A stretch of 64,000 nt of DNA from the NCBI RefSeq assembly GCF_001194135.2, contig NC_068982.1:1158056-1222055 (forward strand). The letters run 5' to 3'. Every line of letters begins with the position of its first letter. Position 1 is the stretch's first letter. Shown piece by piece: positions 25,078 to 38,244 of this stretch. The notes beneath the pieces were generated by a model. That model saw only the letters and a list, made by a program, of their open reading frames with translations. It was not told where the DNA came from and did no database searches. The translations under genes and the position numbers were made by a program. The stretch comes from Octopus bimaculoides (taxonomy: Eukaryota).

Positions 25078-26735
25078 ATAGAAAGAGATGCGTGTGTGTG
25101 CCAATTAATTTTGAGAACGCCCAGGTATATTTTTCTATGTAAATTTCTAACCAACTAAATTAGCATGTGTTGCATTTTTTATAATGTGTTAGAGTTTAAG
25201 GATAAAGTATAGAATGGCTGGTTTTGTTCTTATAACACTGTAATGCATAGTGCAAAATCCAGTTGATTCTATCGGCAAATGGATAGAATCTCATTTATCA
25301 TTCATCATCAGGAAAATCATAACTTTTTAGGGGATGGATGTTAGATCACATGATATCAAATGCTTGAATTAGATTCCATTTTGTTTCAAAACTACATGGT
25401 TTACCGTCGGAAATCTTTCTCCAAAATATATCAGAATAAATCTCGAATGTGTGTGGAATTCTTACTAGATTTTATGTTTGATACATTTTGCAATAATTCT
25501 GAACGAAGTTGTTCAGATAGATGTAAAATTGTTTGTAAGAGACAGCTTTTCAATTGAAATTTTGTAAGGAAGCAGATAATTCCATTACCTTGCTTGTGAT
25601 GTCGTTTGAAGTTGATATGAACATCAGTGAGATACTGTTAGCGATAGATTTTCCACATCATGACTCCAATAAATCTTTTGCGCTTAAGTAATGGTAAGAA
25701 TATATTGTGAATGCAATTAAACGTTTGCAGCATTCAAAACCTACATTAAAGCAAAGCTTTTTTACATATTCGTATTTGTAGTTCTATTAGTGTGTGTGTA
25801 TGTGTGTGTGTATGGAGACTGTATTGATCAAAAGTAGTACTTACAAAATAAAGTAATAGAGGATAAGAACTAGATATAAGATAGAAGCTATACCTAATTC
25901 ATTTACTTTTCAGACAATATTGATTCATTTCCTGAACTATACGCAGATTTACGCGACATACCAAGAGAGTACTATACTGATATTTTTCCTACATCTAAGC
26001 AACACAAGTGATATAAATTGCCTGGAACTGGGATCGAAATCAGAAACCTAGCTCGATGAAATCTTATTTAACAACCGTGCTCGTCACAAGAAATGCCAAT
26101 GTCAAAGCTGTCAGTGAGTCAAGGATCGGGCTGGAATTATCATATAAGGTCAAAAAGCCTTTACGACTTGTGCTGATACTTCGGTAAGCTTATCTGTCGC
26201 CGACAACCTTCAGGAGGCTATGAAATAAGCACGCATTATATATTAAGAAGTAATGCAGTCGCCATCCCCTTGTGGTGAAATTACAAATCAATTATATTTC
26301 TCTGCTTTTTATAGATCACAAATATTTTCATTTACTTATATGTGTCACTATGTATATTAGGTTGTGTTGTTTCGTGAAATCATTCATGTGTTTGCCATTT
26401 CTATTAATGTTTTAGTTGAAAATGAAGAGTGGAAATGCTGGTCGTGGCCGGCAATTAAAAAAATGTTGTGTGCTGGGATTGCACTGATTGTGTTAGACAG
26501 TAGTGACTGTTGTTTCCCAACAGAGTAATTCTCAAGTTTACTTTAGTTGCAGAAGTCTAAGTGTCTTATTCCTTACTTTGGCTGTTCTGAAAGTTTATTA
26601 TGTTGTAAAGTGTATATTTTACACTTTATTGGGATCTTGACAATGCTGCATAGCGAAAACCCTGGTTCAAATCCCATGACATCTATTTTTTCCTGAAGAA
26701 CTCTGGGAGTAAATAGATTCACATTATTTGCACTC

Positions 26736-26844
26736 CGACGATTACGACGATGAGGGTTCCAGTTGATCTGATCAACGAACACGGCTAGATCCTGAAATTA
26801 GCGTGCAAATGGCTGAGCACTCCATGGACACACGTGCCCTTAAC
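26736..26844 (-). mobile_element. Probable SINE/repeat fragment (family E)
   Basis: GC-richer island (gagggttccagttgatc..gtgcaaatggctgagcactcc..cccttaac), with a partial second copy (gattccagttgatc) near 27092. Confidence 0.4.
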
Positions 26845-28758
26845 ATACAGATTGCATCTGTGAAGTTCGTGTTGGCCGGTTTTCCTTTCTTTCTTTGTAA
26901 ATCCCACTTTCACCAGATTGCTGCTTCGGCATTTACTAACATGACCGAGTGCACCAAAGTTTATTGGTTACTCTCCCCAGACACAACAAAATGACAGTTT
27001 ATTATCAGGGTAAAGGAGTTGCAGGTTTCCAGCGTTGGTGCTGTTATTTAACTAAAAACAGTGAAACAGGCCATGATCTTAACGACGTCAAGATTCCAGT
27101 TGATCATTCCAGCCTGATCCTTGTTAGTTTATCACTTTTCGTCACGCCGGGAGGTAGCTGTGCTGAGATATGTGCAAGTCAACGAAAGAAAGATGATTCA
27201 TGACTTTACATTTGTAGGTTGTTAATCACAAACAACTGTTATGCTCGTAGCAGCAATAGGTGTGTACCATTCTTCCTTTTCCCCTTGAAAGGTGACCTAT
27301 AGTATATTCGTAATCTAGATTCATTTGAAGTTATATTTGTTCAGTTTCGAGCAAACTGGTAAACATAGCAATTATAAATAAACAGAAAATGATCTCGTAA
27401 TGGAATATTGCGCTTCTTCTACAAGTATAGAATGATTAAGTAAAGAATATGATCTGAAATCATGTTCTTAATAAGAAGACAAAATGAATTTTCTTTTGTT
27501 TTGTTATTATTTTCAACGACTTTCTTTCTGATTAACTTCATATCTTTAACAAAATTATTATGGTCGCATTTTCTGATATTTTGCCATGTATTAATGATCT
27601 AACGACTTTCTCTGAAAGTGAAGTTGCAGCGTAGCTTTGTTAACTAAATTGTTAAACAGTTGATTCTGTAAAGTTACCGTACTTAAGCTTTTGTTCTTCA
27701 GTGTTTTCGCTAATTGTCTGTGACATTCGTTCTTTCACCATAGAAGTAGAACGTCCTTTTCTATCTCTTCTGATTCGGAGCGATGAATCGTCTGCCTCAC
27801 TTGTAATAGAACAATGTTCCTTACAAATCTTCATTTTTTATTCAATTCGCATTTGTTTACACTTCTTCATTCATAGTATCTTATTAGCTGCGATCTTTTC
27901 TATCATTTAATTAGTTGTATCTTTCATATTGTTGATATTTCAGCGAAGCTTTTTGTCATTTGTAGGTTAACTAGTTATTCCTTACTAACCAGCATACTGT
28001 CAGTTATGTTCTCGTTAACTATTCTCCTTCCTCTTGTCTGAGAATATACTCTTTGATATCTCGTTTAATGATTAACTCTGGTTTGTCTAAATTGGATTCA
28101 ACATATGCCTTGTCATTGGAACCACTTTTCAATTACGGCTTTCATTGTATATTCCCGGAATTTAACATTTGGGTTTCAATTTGTACAGAAATTTTGGTTG
28201 ATCTCAGTATTTTATGCTCACATTATAATTAAGTATAATAAGTAGAAACTGTGATTAAACGCAACTGCAAACACCCGAATGCTTAAAACCAAACTTATCC
28301 GCCTTAAATAACCGGCATTAAAGAAAAACAAAAATTCTCTCAAAATTACATCTTTGAAATCAACTTGAAATAGTTACGTAAAACAATAGGCGGAAATAAT
28401 ATAACAGTGAAAATTAGAAGCTGTTTAGAAATCCGATTTTGAAAACGAAGGTTAGGCGAAAATATAGCTTCTTAGAATTATCTGACAATAAAAGATTTTG
28501 AAAAATCATCTCTCCAAAGCATAACAATGTTTTCAACAACATCCAAAATTCGTCATTTGGCAGACGGAAATTGTAGGCAATGCTCACCTACACCAGCTTC
28601 TTACAAAGTACGTAGGGCGCTCCTTATTGGCAAAAGAAAATGTTGCTAGACGCCAACAGATGACTCTTCTAGCAATTTATAAGGAACCACCGAAAAGAAT
28701 CATTGAACACTTACAAAAAAAAAATGAAAAAGAAAATAATAATCCCTCGAGAGTAGAA

Positions 28759-28779
28759 GGGGTTAGGGTTAGGGTTAGG
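28759..28779 (+). repeat. Short interstitial (TTAGGG)-type run
   Basis: ggggttagggttagggttagg. Confidence 0.8.
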
Positions 28780-30492
28780 TGTTCGGCCAAATTAAATGCG
28801 ACAATTTTCCAGCCCCTTGTTAAAATAATGCTACCGGATAATGTGAAAGTACACAAAAGGAGTATGCTATATTTGACCGATGCATGACGATAACTATAAC
28901 CGAAGAGTATTTCCAATAAAATCACCGCTCTAAAGATGACGAATGACTAGATTAAACCTTTTAATTGCCCCACCATTTCTAGTTTGTCAAAATGGAAGTG
29001 GTACATGCATTTGATCGCACCTATGAACTATGAGACTGTACTAAAAGTAGACAACAACATGCAAGCTTCTTAGAAATATTTTCTGGAAAATGATTGGACA
29101 ATTGATTGATCTCATCCCGGCAGATTTTAATACTGCCATTATCAATCTCCGTGAGACCGCTCAACCTGCTATAGGTGGCGGTCAAATCATATATTGCAGT
29201 CTTTAAAATAAAGTGCACATTAGATGACTGTAGTCGCTGAATATAGAAAATAATCGAGTGGTTTGGCCAATTTATTCGATCAGAGTTGGCCGTTGGCTAA
29301 AGTATTACGAAAGCATTCTCGATAACAGCATGCGTGTCTGCTACACGTTTGCGTTGGTTATGACTTGCAAACAAAAGTTAACTCAAATGGTCGCCGCAAT
29401 AACATCTTCTCAATTGCATCAAATTTCGAACTTAATAAACTTGAACAAAAGCGGCAAAAAAGGGGTGACATGGAGATAAAGCAAGCATAGAGCTTGACTT
29501 TATGTGGCCTACTCTGTAGTTGAGTGCTCATTTCAATGAAAAGAAATTATGCTGCCTGAGATGGCGAAATGCAAAGTGAAAGCATAAACAGCAACATTTT
29601 CAGTAGAACATGTTTTCACTACTGGATATATTGAAAAGAGGATTCGCAATTCTCAGTTCTTGCCATGTTCGGCCAAACTTTGTTGCATACTACATAGTGT
29701 CTCTTTAGTTGATTTCTAGCGATGCACGACCCCAGTGCAATGAGCGAGAGCCATACGTTATGAGGGGCACTAAAAACGTTTTAATAGTATATACATTATT
29801 TATGTTACTGAGACACGTTGCTGTTAACTCTGTCAAAAAACTCTGTTTTGCAGTCTTCTTCATTCAGTTTTCAAAGACGTCCAGTTATTTCTGGAAATCT
29901 TCTTGAGCTACTTCCCCCGCCCCACGAAAAAGTCCTAATTTATCTGCATCCTTCCCAATTTCATATCAAAAAATAGAAATATAGGAAACACAATTCTCGA
30001 ATCGATAGCTGTATCCTTTTCATTATCATTAAAAATAATAATACAAATGCATGTATAATTAAAACTTCAGTGCGAATCTAGAAAGTAGCAATACTAAACA
30101 CCAACACTAACCACATGGAGTACTTCCAATACATTACAAACAAAAAATCCCATATTCCATCTTTGTTTTCTTCTCTTCTTTATAAGAGAAAAGGTTTATC
30201 GTTCGATATGTAGCTCAAATCACAAGGGGACATAACAAACCCTGTAATTATTTTCAATTAACCTTAGAAGGCTTCGATGGAACGAGGAAGGAGGCTATAT
30301 TTTCGATGGCCAAATCGTTTTTTATAATTGTTGGTCACGTGCTTATTTAATGTAACCAATGATTCGTTGAGTATTAGGAATTCTGTTACCATTCGTCTGC
30401 CTCCACATCCTTGCAATCTCTCCCTTCACGAGATTTTTAAATTTTTGAAAACCGTAAATCTCTGAAGCTCTCGACATTAATTATTTCATATA

Positions 30493-31571
30493 TTGTTTTG
30501 AGTCAAAACTTTTGCAATATTTTGGCAACTTGAGACAGAAACGTTAGCACGCCGGGCGAAATGCTTAGTGGTATTTCGTCTGTCTTTACGTTCTGAGTTC
30601 AAATTCCGCCGAGGTCGACTTTGCCTTTCATCCTTTCGGGGTCGATGAATTAAGTACCATTTGCATACTGGGGTCGATCTAATCGACTGGCCCCCACCCC
30701 TAACATTTCGGGCCTCGTGCCTAGAGTAGAAAAGAAAATTTTGGCAACTTACTTGCTTTATTCGAGAAGTTACAACAAAAGCAGCCTAGCTTTCGAAGTA
30801 GAGACCATTGCTTGTTGCACCGTCTGAAGCCACTTTTTTGCCAGTTCTTTGATCCCATGATGATACCAGTTCTTGTCCTTCAAAGCGATGAAATCCTTCA
30901 CTAAAGCATCATGGTCGCAGGAAGTGAACCATGGATCGGAACAAGTAATAATCCGAGGGAGATATTTTCCGGAAGCTGTGGTTAAGCAAGGGCCAGCTTC
31001 CGGAACCTTCCGCCTAATATGGCCGTTTCGACCGCATTGTGATACTCTTCGTCCGGAGGAATTCTCTACAATTTCATTCCGGACGGTCTGACCATCGATG
31101 CAAACATGTACTCCGAAGAGCTGGAGCGGATGTATACCACTATGCGGCAAAAATACCCGGGATTAGATTGCGGAAAATGAGATTTTCTGCAGCAAGACAA
31201 CGCAGGTCCTCATATCGCTCGGACGACCCGGAATAAACTCCAAGACCTTGAGGTAATTAAACTGATGCTACACTCATGATACAGCCTGGTTCTAGATTAC
31301 CCGAATTCTTGCAATTTCCGATCCATGGCTCACTTCCTGCGATGGCGACGCTTCATCAACCAAGAAGAAGTGGAAACTTCAATGAAGGAGTTCTTCGCCT
31401 CGAAAGACAAGAAATGGTATCCGCGTGGGGTCAAAGAACTAGCAGAGACAGGTGGCTTCAGACGGTGCAATATGATGGCCTCTACTTTGACTACTGGGCT
31501 GCTTTTATTGTAACTTGATGAATAAAGCAAATAAGTCACCAAAATATTGCAAAAGTTTTGACTTAGAACAA
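30493..31571. mobile_element. Non-autonomous mariner derivative with a transposase 3' end at both termini
   Basis: TA dinucleotides flank it at 30491-30492 and 31572-31573. The plus strand (about 30940-31500) gives IDANMYSEEL..LQQDNAGPH..MAHFL..KEFFASKDKKWY. The minus strand (about 30750-30940) gives VKDFIALKDKNWYHHGIKELAKKWLQTV. The termini are mutually inverted. Confidence 0.85.
30532..30737 (+). mobile_element. SINE family A (5'-truncated, young) inserted in the mariner left arm
   Basis: Perfect 13-bp TSD ATTTTGGCAACTT at 30519-30531 and 30738-30750. Confidence 0.93.
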
Positions 31572-31879
31572 TAATTTCAGTCCATCTCTTACCAATGTAT
31601 TTAGTCCACTGCATAATATTTCTCAATCTTTATTCATATACGTTGCCATGTTTTACTCTAACTGTTGTGCACAGCAATTTCTCTCTTATTTCAATTCTTA
31701 AATAAATACAACAGGAATTTGTGTTCTTTAAGCAAATTCAAAATAATATTAGAATACTTGTGGCTGTGAATTATCACTCACATCATTAGCAGCATCCAAA
31801 AAAAAAACCGCTCCGGTGCAAATCAATGGAACAGGATGTTATTGTCAAAACATTATACAACGCAATCTACAGAAGTGAT

Positions 31880-32340
31880 AGTCCTGGCGACAAAAATGTA
31901 AGCAGTGTGGATGGTAGAGTCTTCTATAATATAATACAAAACTAGTGGAATGTTCTCAAAACCTCGTGGACATAACGGACTGAACAAAATGCGCTGAGGC
32001 CGCGAAAATAAAGTGTGCACAGAAGTGAAAGTTATGCAGCAGATATAACAAGGAACACGAAGCAAGAGAACACAACAAACAATCCCTCATCGCTCTGCAT
32101 GAAATGAGTGGCCCACAATATGTTTACCGCAAGTACACTGATGCAAACGTTTGTGCCGCTCAATTGGATGTAAATGTGATCAAGGACTTTGTAATTAAAA
32201 TCTGGACTATTCCAACTGATAACAGTTCCTGTATCAAGAGCCGAAATTATCGAAATCAACAGCAAGAAGGCAGAGGTTTATCATCGATAGAGAAAGTCGT
32301 TCATTTAAGTTCACATTCTTTTTGCGAACATCTGTGAACG
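31880..32340 (+). mobile_element. Decayed non-LTR RT C-terminal fragment (tentative)
   Basis: The EGRGLSSIE motif resembles the GGRGL motif of R4/RTE-type ORFs. Confidence 0.3.
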
Positions 32341-32555
32341 AGTAATCGTCAATATACATTCAAATATGTTTTGCGTGGAACAATTAACATGATAGGAGTT
32401 GAGAAGGAACCGCTCGGAAATTATTCCCTGATGTATGACCAAAAACACCACATTACTGTACTGAATATCGGCTGAAAAACTTTCTGATTATAAGTAAGAG
32501 GTAATGCATCATTACGTTGTGAGGAACCTTGAAAGTAACAGTAATATAAATAATC

Positions 32556-32731
32556 AAAATGGTTAGCGGTATTGCATTCGTCTTTACGTTCTGAGTTCAA
32601 ATTCTGCCGTGGTCTACTTTGCCTTTCAACCTTTCTGGGTCAATATAATAAGTACCAGCTGAGCACTGAGATCGATGTAAACGATTTACCTCCTCCACAA
32701 AATTGCTGGCCTTGTGCCAAAATTTGAAGTC
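32556..32731 (+). mobile_element. SINE family A, old-type tail, 5'-truncated
   Basis: Homologous to the family A body; ends gccttgtgccaaaatttgaag. Confidence 0.8.
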
Positions 32732-34429
32732 ACTATCGATCATCACAGTAGTATATCTGGGACAAAAGAAGGTTTATTTGGGTTTCATTTTGAAGGCTAT
32801 AATTTTACCAGGCACGAAGAATAAATAGCAACGAAATACTTGATATGTAAAATAAATAGCAATGCACGTAAACCACTATCATGCAACAATCGATGCAAAT
32901 TTTGTTGCAGCATAAATACCATAGAGTCTGATAGTAATGAACTAAAACGCCTTCCCGTTTAATTAACATACTTAGAAAATATGTTTCAAAATAACTTCCC
33001 TTAAGACAAATTTAGCTTGTTTTGAGAGACTTTGAAACATTGATCGGGACGTTTAGAGTTATTCGCTGAGAAAATATCAAATTAGTCTTGTTTAGACATT
33101 TCTGAGACGTATGAATTTCTGTTTGTTATTAGTGTTTTTCGAAGATGTTTGTCCAGGTTTTGTCACATTCTATATATATTGTTGATTAGTATGCAATTTC
33201 AATACAAGTTATGTCTGCAGTAAAAGTTTCTTATTGCATGCTTAAGAAAACATCAAATGAGATATAATAAAATATATAGAAAACAGTTCTATTCCTTTCT
33301 AGAGACATCAAACGCGTCGTTAGGGAATATGAACGAGTCTAGGCAAAAGAAAAGTTAAAAGCTAAAACAGATCAATTGTTTCAAAGTCTTGACACTGTCT
33401 TCGAGATAATTTTACATTGATCTGTAAGACAGACAGTTGATGCATAGAACATTGCCTCCAAGACCTTTGAAATGTCAACCACCAATTGAATAATGTAAAA
33501 TTGTTTAATATTCAACTTTATTGTTTGCTTCATATCAATTGCCGACTCATTTTGAAATGTAGATGAAGAAGTGATATAAACATTGATTATCACGTTTTGT
33601 AAATGAATATGCGAGTTTTTACGAAGTGTAATGTGCATCCCTACGGATAGTGGTATAAATATATTGTATGCTAATGTGCCTGATAACAACATCGTATGGA
33701 ATCCTGTATCGCTTCTACGATAAACTTCTCTTTAATTTCAATTAGTATACATACGTACATACATACGCACGCATCTCTATAAATGGATATGTGAACCTAT
33801 GTGTGTCAGAGTGTGTATGTCTACGTTGTACATGTGTGTTAGTGTATGTGGGTGTTCAATAAGCGGTTTTACGAAAACAAAAATTATTCCTCTTAGGAAT
33901 ACAATAAATTAGCCTCAGTTCAACAGAAACACTTGAACTACTTCACGACTGCGTTGGCTGGCTGGTTGGTTGGTTGGCTGGATTCTCACAGAGGGATTTG
34001 TCGTAATGTATACTTTACAAATAATGTTTGTAAAATGCATACTGATAAATATTAATGAAGAAAACGAGTTTTTTCTTGGCTCAACAGAATCACACATATT
34101 TTATTTTACAAATTTACCTACTCTGGGGAGTGAAAAGCAAATTGTCGTATCATTAAAATATATTAAAGAATGCACAAGATTTTAATGAATTTAGTCCAAT
34201 ACTTCACAACTTTTAATCGATCTACAGGTCCTCGTTATGTTAGAGCGATTAGCATCGATGCTAAAACAATACACAATTAAAGTTACAGAAAAAAAGATGT
34301 AATCCCCTGGCAACCTCTGTTTTTGCCTTTTGTCTTTACTCGATTCAGTCATTAGACTGCGGCTCATTCTATAAGTTTCCTGTGCAAGGTATGGTGGGAA
34401 CAAGAAAAAAGACATAAGCATATACGTGT

Positions 34430-34511
34430 ACAAATATATGCATACATACATACATACATACATACATACATGCATACATAATAGGCTTCTTTCAGTTTCC
34501 GATCACCAAAT
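34430..34511 (-). mobile_element. SINE BC B-domain stub plus (CATA)n, 65 bp upstream of the last-exon acceptor
   Basis: aggcttctttcagtttccgatcaccaaat at 34483-34511 matches the B domain. Confidence 0.6.
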
Positions 34512-34576
34512 GAATACTGTCTTGTTTATAATTATACTAATTTCTATTTTTCTGTATTTTCTTTTGTATTTTGCAG

Positions 34577-34819
34577 GCTGACTTAGTTAACCTGTGCGTG
34601 AAAATATTTCCATGCTGCATTTGCTTAAAGAGGCTAATGAGACGAAGAATAAGCATGTCCACCTATGATACGGGTGTCTTCCGCCGGCAAAGTGCCATTC
34701 ACTACAAGGCAAGGACGCGTACAGCTTTCACTAATACGACACCGAACGGAAATATGCGATCGGCGTTTCAGCCACACAAGTTCCACGCCATCGATATGAG
34801 AATGGAGCAAATAGAATAA
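34577..34819 (+). CDS. Terminal coding exon of the same GPCR (helix 8 and C-tail)
   Basis: Long pyrimidine tract plus ttgcAG acceptor (34575-34576). The frame is open to TAA 34817-34819: ADLVNLCVKIFPCCICLKRLMRRRISMSTYDTGVFRRQS...MEQIE*. It joins the previous exon in phase 0 as NESFR|ADLVNL, giving a plausible helix 8, a Cys cluster and a Ser/Thr-rich tail. Confidence 0.85.
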   Translation, partial: ADLVNLCVKIFPCCICLKRLMRRRISMSTYDTGVFRRQSAIHYKARTRTAFTNTTPNGNMRSAFQPHKFHAIDMRMEQIE

Positions 34820-35791
34820 AATTGAAAGCACGAACTTATCAAAGGAAATTATCACTGTACGCATAGATACATATATATGCACACATATATGTATTCATAA
34901 ATACACACACACACACACACATTTATACTTACATATACATATATATGCATATACATACATGACTTTGTACGCTTTTATGTGTGTGTGTGAGTGTGTGTGT
35001 GTGAGAGTGAGGGAGTGCATATTATGTTTGTTAGGTTTATGGTTTTGTGATGTGTGCATATAACTGTAGTTGGGAGTTCCGTTAGAACCGGAGCGAACCG
35101 GTATTAATGAAAGATTTTCAATGCGTCGAGTGGAAGGTATGCTCATTTATTATGATAATAGTGACTCTTAGAGAATTGCAACAGGAAAGTCCCATGTGTG
35201 TGTGTGTGTGTGTATGTGTGTGAAGTATGTATACACATTTATTTTTACCCATTTATGTATATATATCCATGCAATTAACGATTCATGAAAAGTATACACG
35301 TAAAAACACATCTATTAGGGCATGCAACTGAAATTTGCTCCTTACAGCTCTTTCTATGTATGAGTGTTTGAATGTGTGAAGGTTTATTTAGCACTGTCTT
35401 CAGGACACTTTTGTGAGTCTTAATGGCTCGTATCACTGTCCGAGACAGTTTGGGAGTCATAACAGTCGATTCTCTCTCTAATTTCATGGCGATAAGTAGA
35501 TAGGAAAGAATACATTGACAGTCTATAATGGAGATAGTATTTCCAGTATTTTTTCTCGATAACTAATTCAATTTGAGTACATAGTCAAAATCTGATCTCT
35601 CATTTTGACATAAATCTTTCCATTTCTTTGCGCAGTTCTTCGTTTTGCGGGTCATTAGGCCATATAAAATGGTAAATAAAGATTTTACATAAATCTATAT
35701 CTATATCTACATCTCTCGCTCCTTCTCCCTCTCACTCTCCATATATGTATGTGTGTGTGTAAGTGTATATATATATGTATACAAGTGCATA

Positions 35792-35830
<39 letters not shown>

Positions 35831-36635
35831 CATGTATGTAAGTGTTTATGTATATATATACTTGTGTGTGTGTGTGTATACATACAATCATAAATGCATA
35901 CATACATATCTCTATTGGCAAGAAGCCTTGAAATGAAACTGAATAATGACATACATAAACATATTCTATAGCCTCCCCCTATCTTTTGTTACATCCTCAA
36001 AATAGTGACCAGTGTCATCTCCACACACCATTCTAGTCCTATTTGTGCGCTTGGGTGTTTTATCATATTTCTGTCCCTCTTTCCTCTGTCTATTAACGCT
36101 ACGTCAATAAAATTAACTGCTCAAATTTCACCGATCTTCTGCACTTGACTTCCCAATACACTTATCATTCAGAAGTTACCTAGACATCACTAGACTCATA
36201 CTAAGTCTATATGCATACTCATGGAGCACATCATACTCTGATAGGGATATAGTAATGTAGTCCCTTCAAACAGCTTGGCAACAAATTCAACACACGCATA
36301 TCAGAATGTGACCCACTGCTTATGAACGTCACGAAGTTAGAAACTTCGGAGCCATTACAAAAGCTGTTTCATAATATGTACTTCGTGCTGGTGCCAAGAT
36401 ACATCGTCGAAGTTGCATCTGAAAGAGTTCCTCTCCTTTTCAAGTCCACAAAATATTGCAATCCTGATCGGGTGTTTATTCAGTACAATTCCAATAAGAA
36501 ATCCTCATTAGAATAATTTCACACAGCGCCATGGAGAGATTAGGCAGAAGCGAACTTTACGTTAATAAAACTATGTTTCTGAGATATTTTAACTTTTAAA
36601 AGGAAAATTCACTGCAGTTACACTGAAGAAAAAGG

Positions 36636-36673
<38 letters not shown>

Positions 36674-37410
36674 NNNNNNNNNNNNNNNNNNNNNNNNNNN
36701 NNNNNNNNNNNNNNNNNNNNNNNNNNNNNNNNNNNNNNNNNNNNNNNNNNNNNNNNNNNNNNNNNNNNNNNNNNNNNNNNNNNNNNNNNNNNNNNNNNNN
36801 NNNNNNNNNNNNNNNNNNNNNNNNNNNNNNNNNNNNNNNNNNNNNNNNNNNNNNNNNNNNNNNNNNNNNNNNNNNNNNNNNNNNNNNNNNNNNNNNNNNN
36901 NNNNNNNNNNNNNNNNNNNNNNNNNNNNNNNNNNNNNNNNNNNNNNNNNNNNNNNNNNNNNNNNNNNNNNNNNNNNNNNNNNNNNNNNNNNNNNNNNNNN
37001 NNNNNNNNNNNNNNNNNNNNNNNNNNNNNNNNNNNNNNNNNNNNNNNNNNNNNNNNNNNNNNNNNNNNNNNNNNNNNNNNNNNNNNNNNNNNNNNNNNNN
37101 NNNNNNNNNNNNNNNNNNNNNNNNNNNNNNNNNNNNNNNNNNNNNNNNNNNNNNNNNNNNNNNNNNNNNNNNNNNNNNNNNNNNNNNNNNNNNNNNNNNN
37201 NNNNNNNNNNNNNNNNNNNNNNNNNNNNNNNNNNNNNNNNNNNNNNNNNNNNNNNNNNNNNNNNNNNNNNNNNNNNNNNNNNNNNNNNNNNNNNNNNNNN
37301 NNNNNNNNNNNNNNNNNNNNNNNNNNNNNNNNNNNNNNNNNNNNNNNNNNNNNNNNNNNNNNNNNNNNNNNNNNNNNNNNTATTGTTAAATATGCGTGTT
37401 CCTATCTTGC

Positions 37411-37453
<43 letters not shown>

Positions 37454-37566
37454 GTGTGTGTGTGTATATATATTTATATGCATATATATATATTTGTATG
37501 TATGTATATGCATGTATATATAGAAATGAATACATATAGACATATATATGTACATACATACATATA

Positions 37567-37600
<34 letters not shown>

Positions 37601-37610
37601 NNNNNNNNNN

Positions 37611-37647
<37 letters not shown>

Positions 37648-38203
37648 ATTATAAAGGTGTATCTGGGCGCGTGTTCCTGGATATATTTTTCTCTGTGTCC
37701 TTTTGCCAAAGCATGATTTTGGAACCAGAATCGAAAAGCTAAAAAACCTAATCTTATGACGAGCATGTTGCCCGCTAGTCGTAGACATGTATATACTGAA
37801 TTTTACTTACGCGTGATAATATAATTACGTGTATATGTATGATTGCGATTGTATGTCCGGCAGTATTTCTGCTTCGAAACAGCTGTGAGTGAACGTATAT
37901 AGTTCATTTGTATTAGTTTGTGTGCCTAATATGACAAAAGGAAATACGATTTCTACGAGACTCAGCTATTGTTGCATTACTCCTAAATGCGTTGGAAATT
38001 TCAAATAAAACATCAAATATTCATATTGTATGGGAAAGTATCAAGTTTAATCGAAGAAGAAAATTTAAGACAAAAGTATATATTTAAAATTATTATTTAT
38101 ATAAGAATATAAACACGTACCAAAATATATGACATTCAACTATATGTTTATGTGTGGGCGTGTGAGAGTGTAGGCGTGTGTAAAGAATTAAATCCATATT
38201 TAC

Positions 38204-38244
<41 letters not shown>

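Larger units (their letters stand above)
14920..34576 (+). other. 19,657-bp GT-AG intron of the GPCR
   Basis: Defined by the donor and acceptor of the two exons above. No intervening coding exon was recognised, but several N-gaps lie inside it. Confidence 0.8.

Noticed and set aside
37860-37895. GCAG-TATTT-CTGC..CGAAACAGCTGT half-hammerhead
   Set aside because: The CUGANGA box is missing; noted only as a relative of the 2685 and 24695 motifs.
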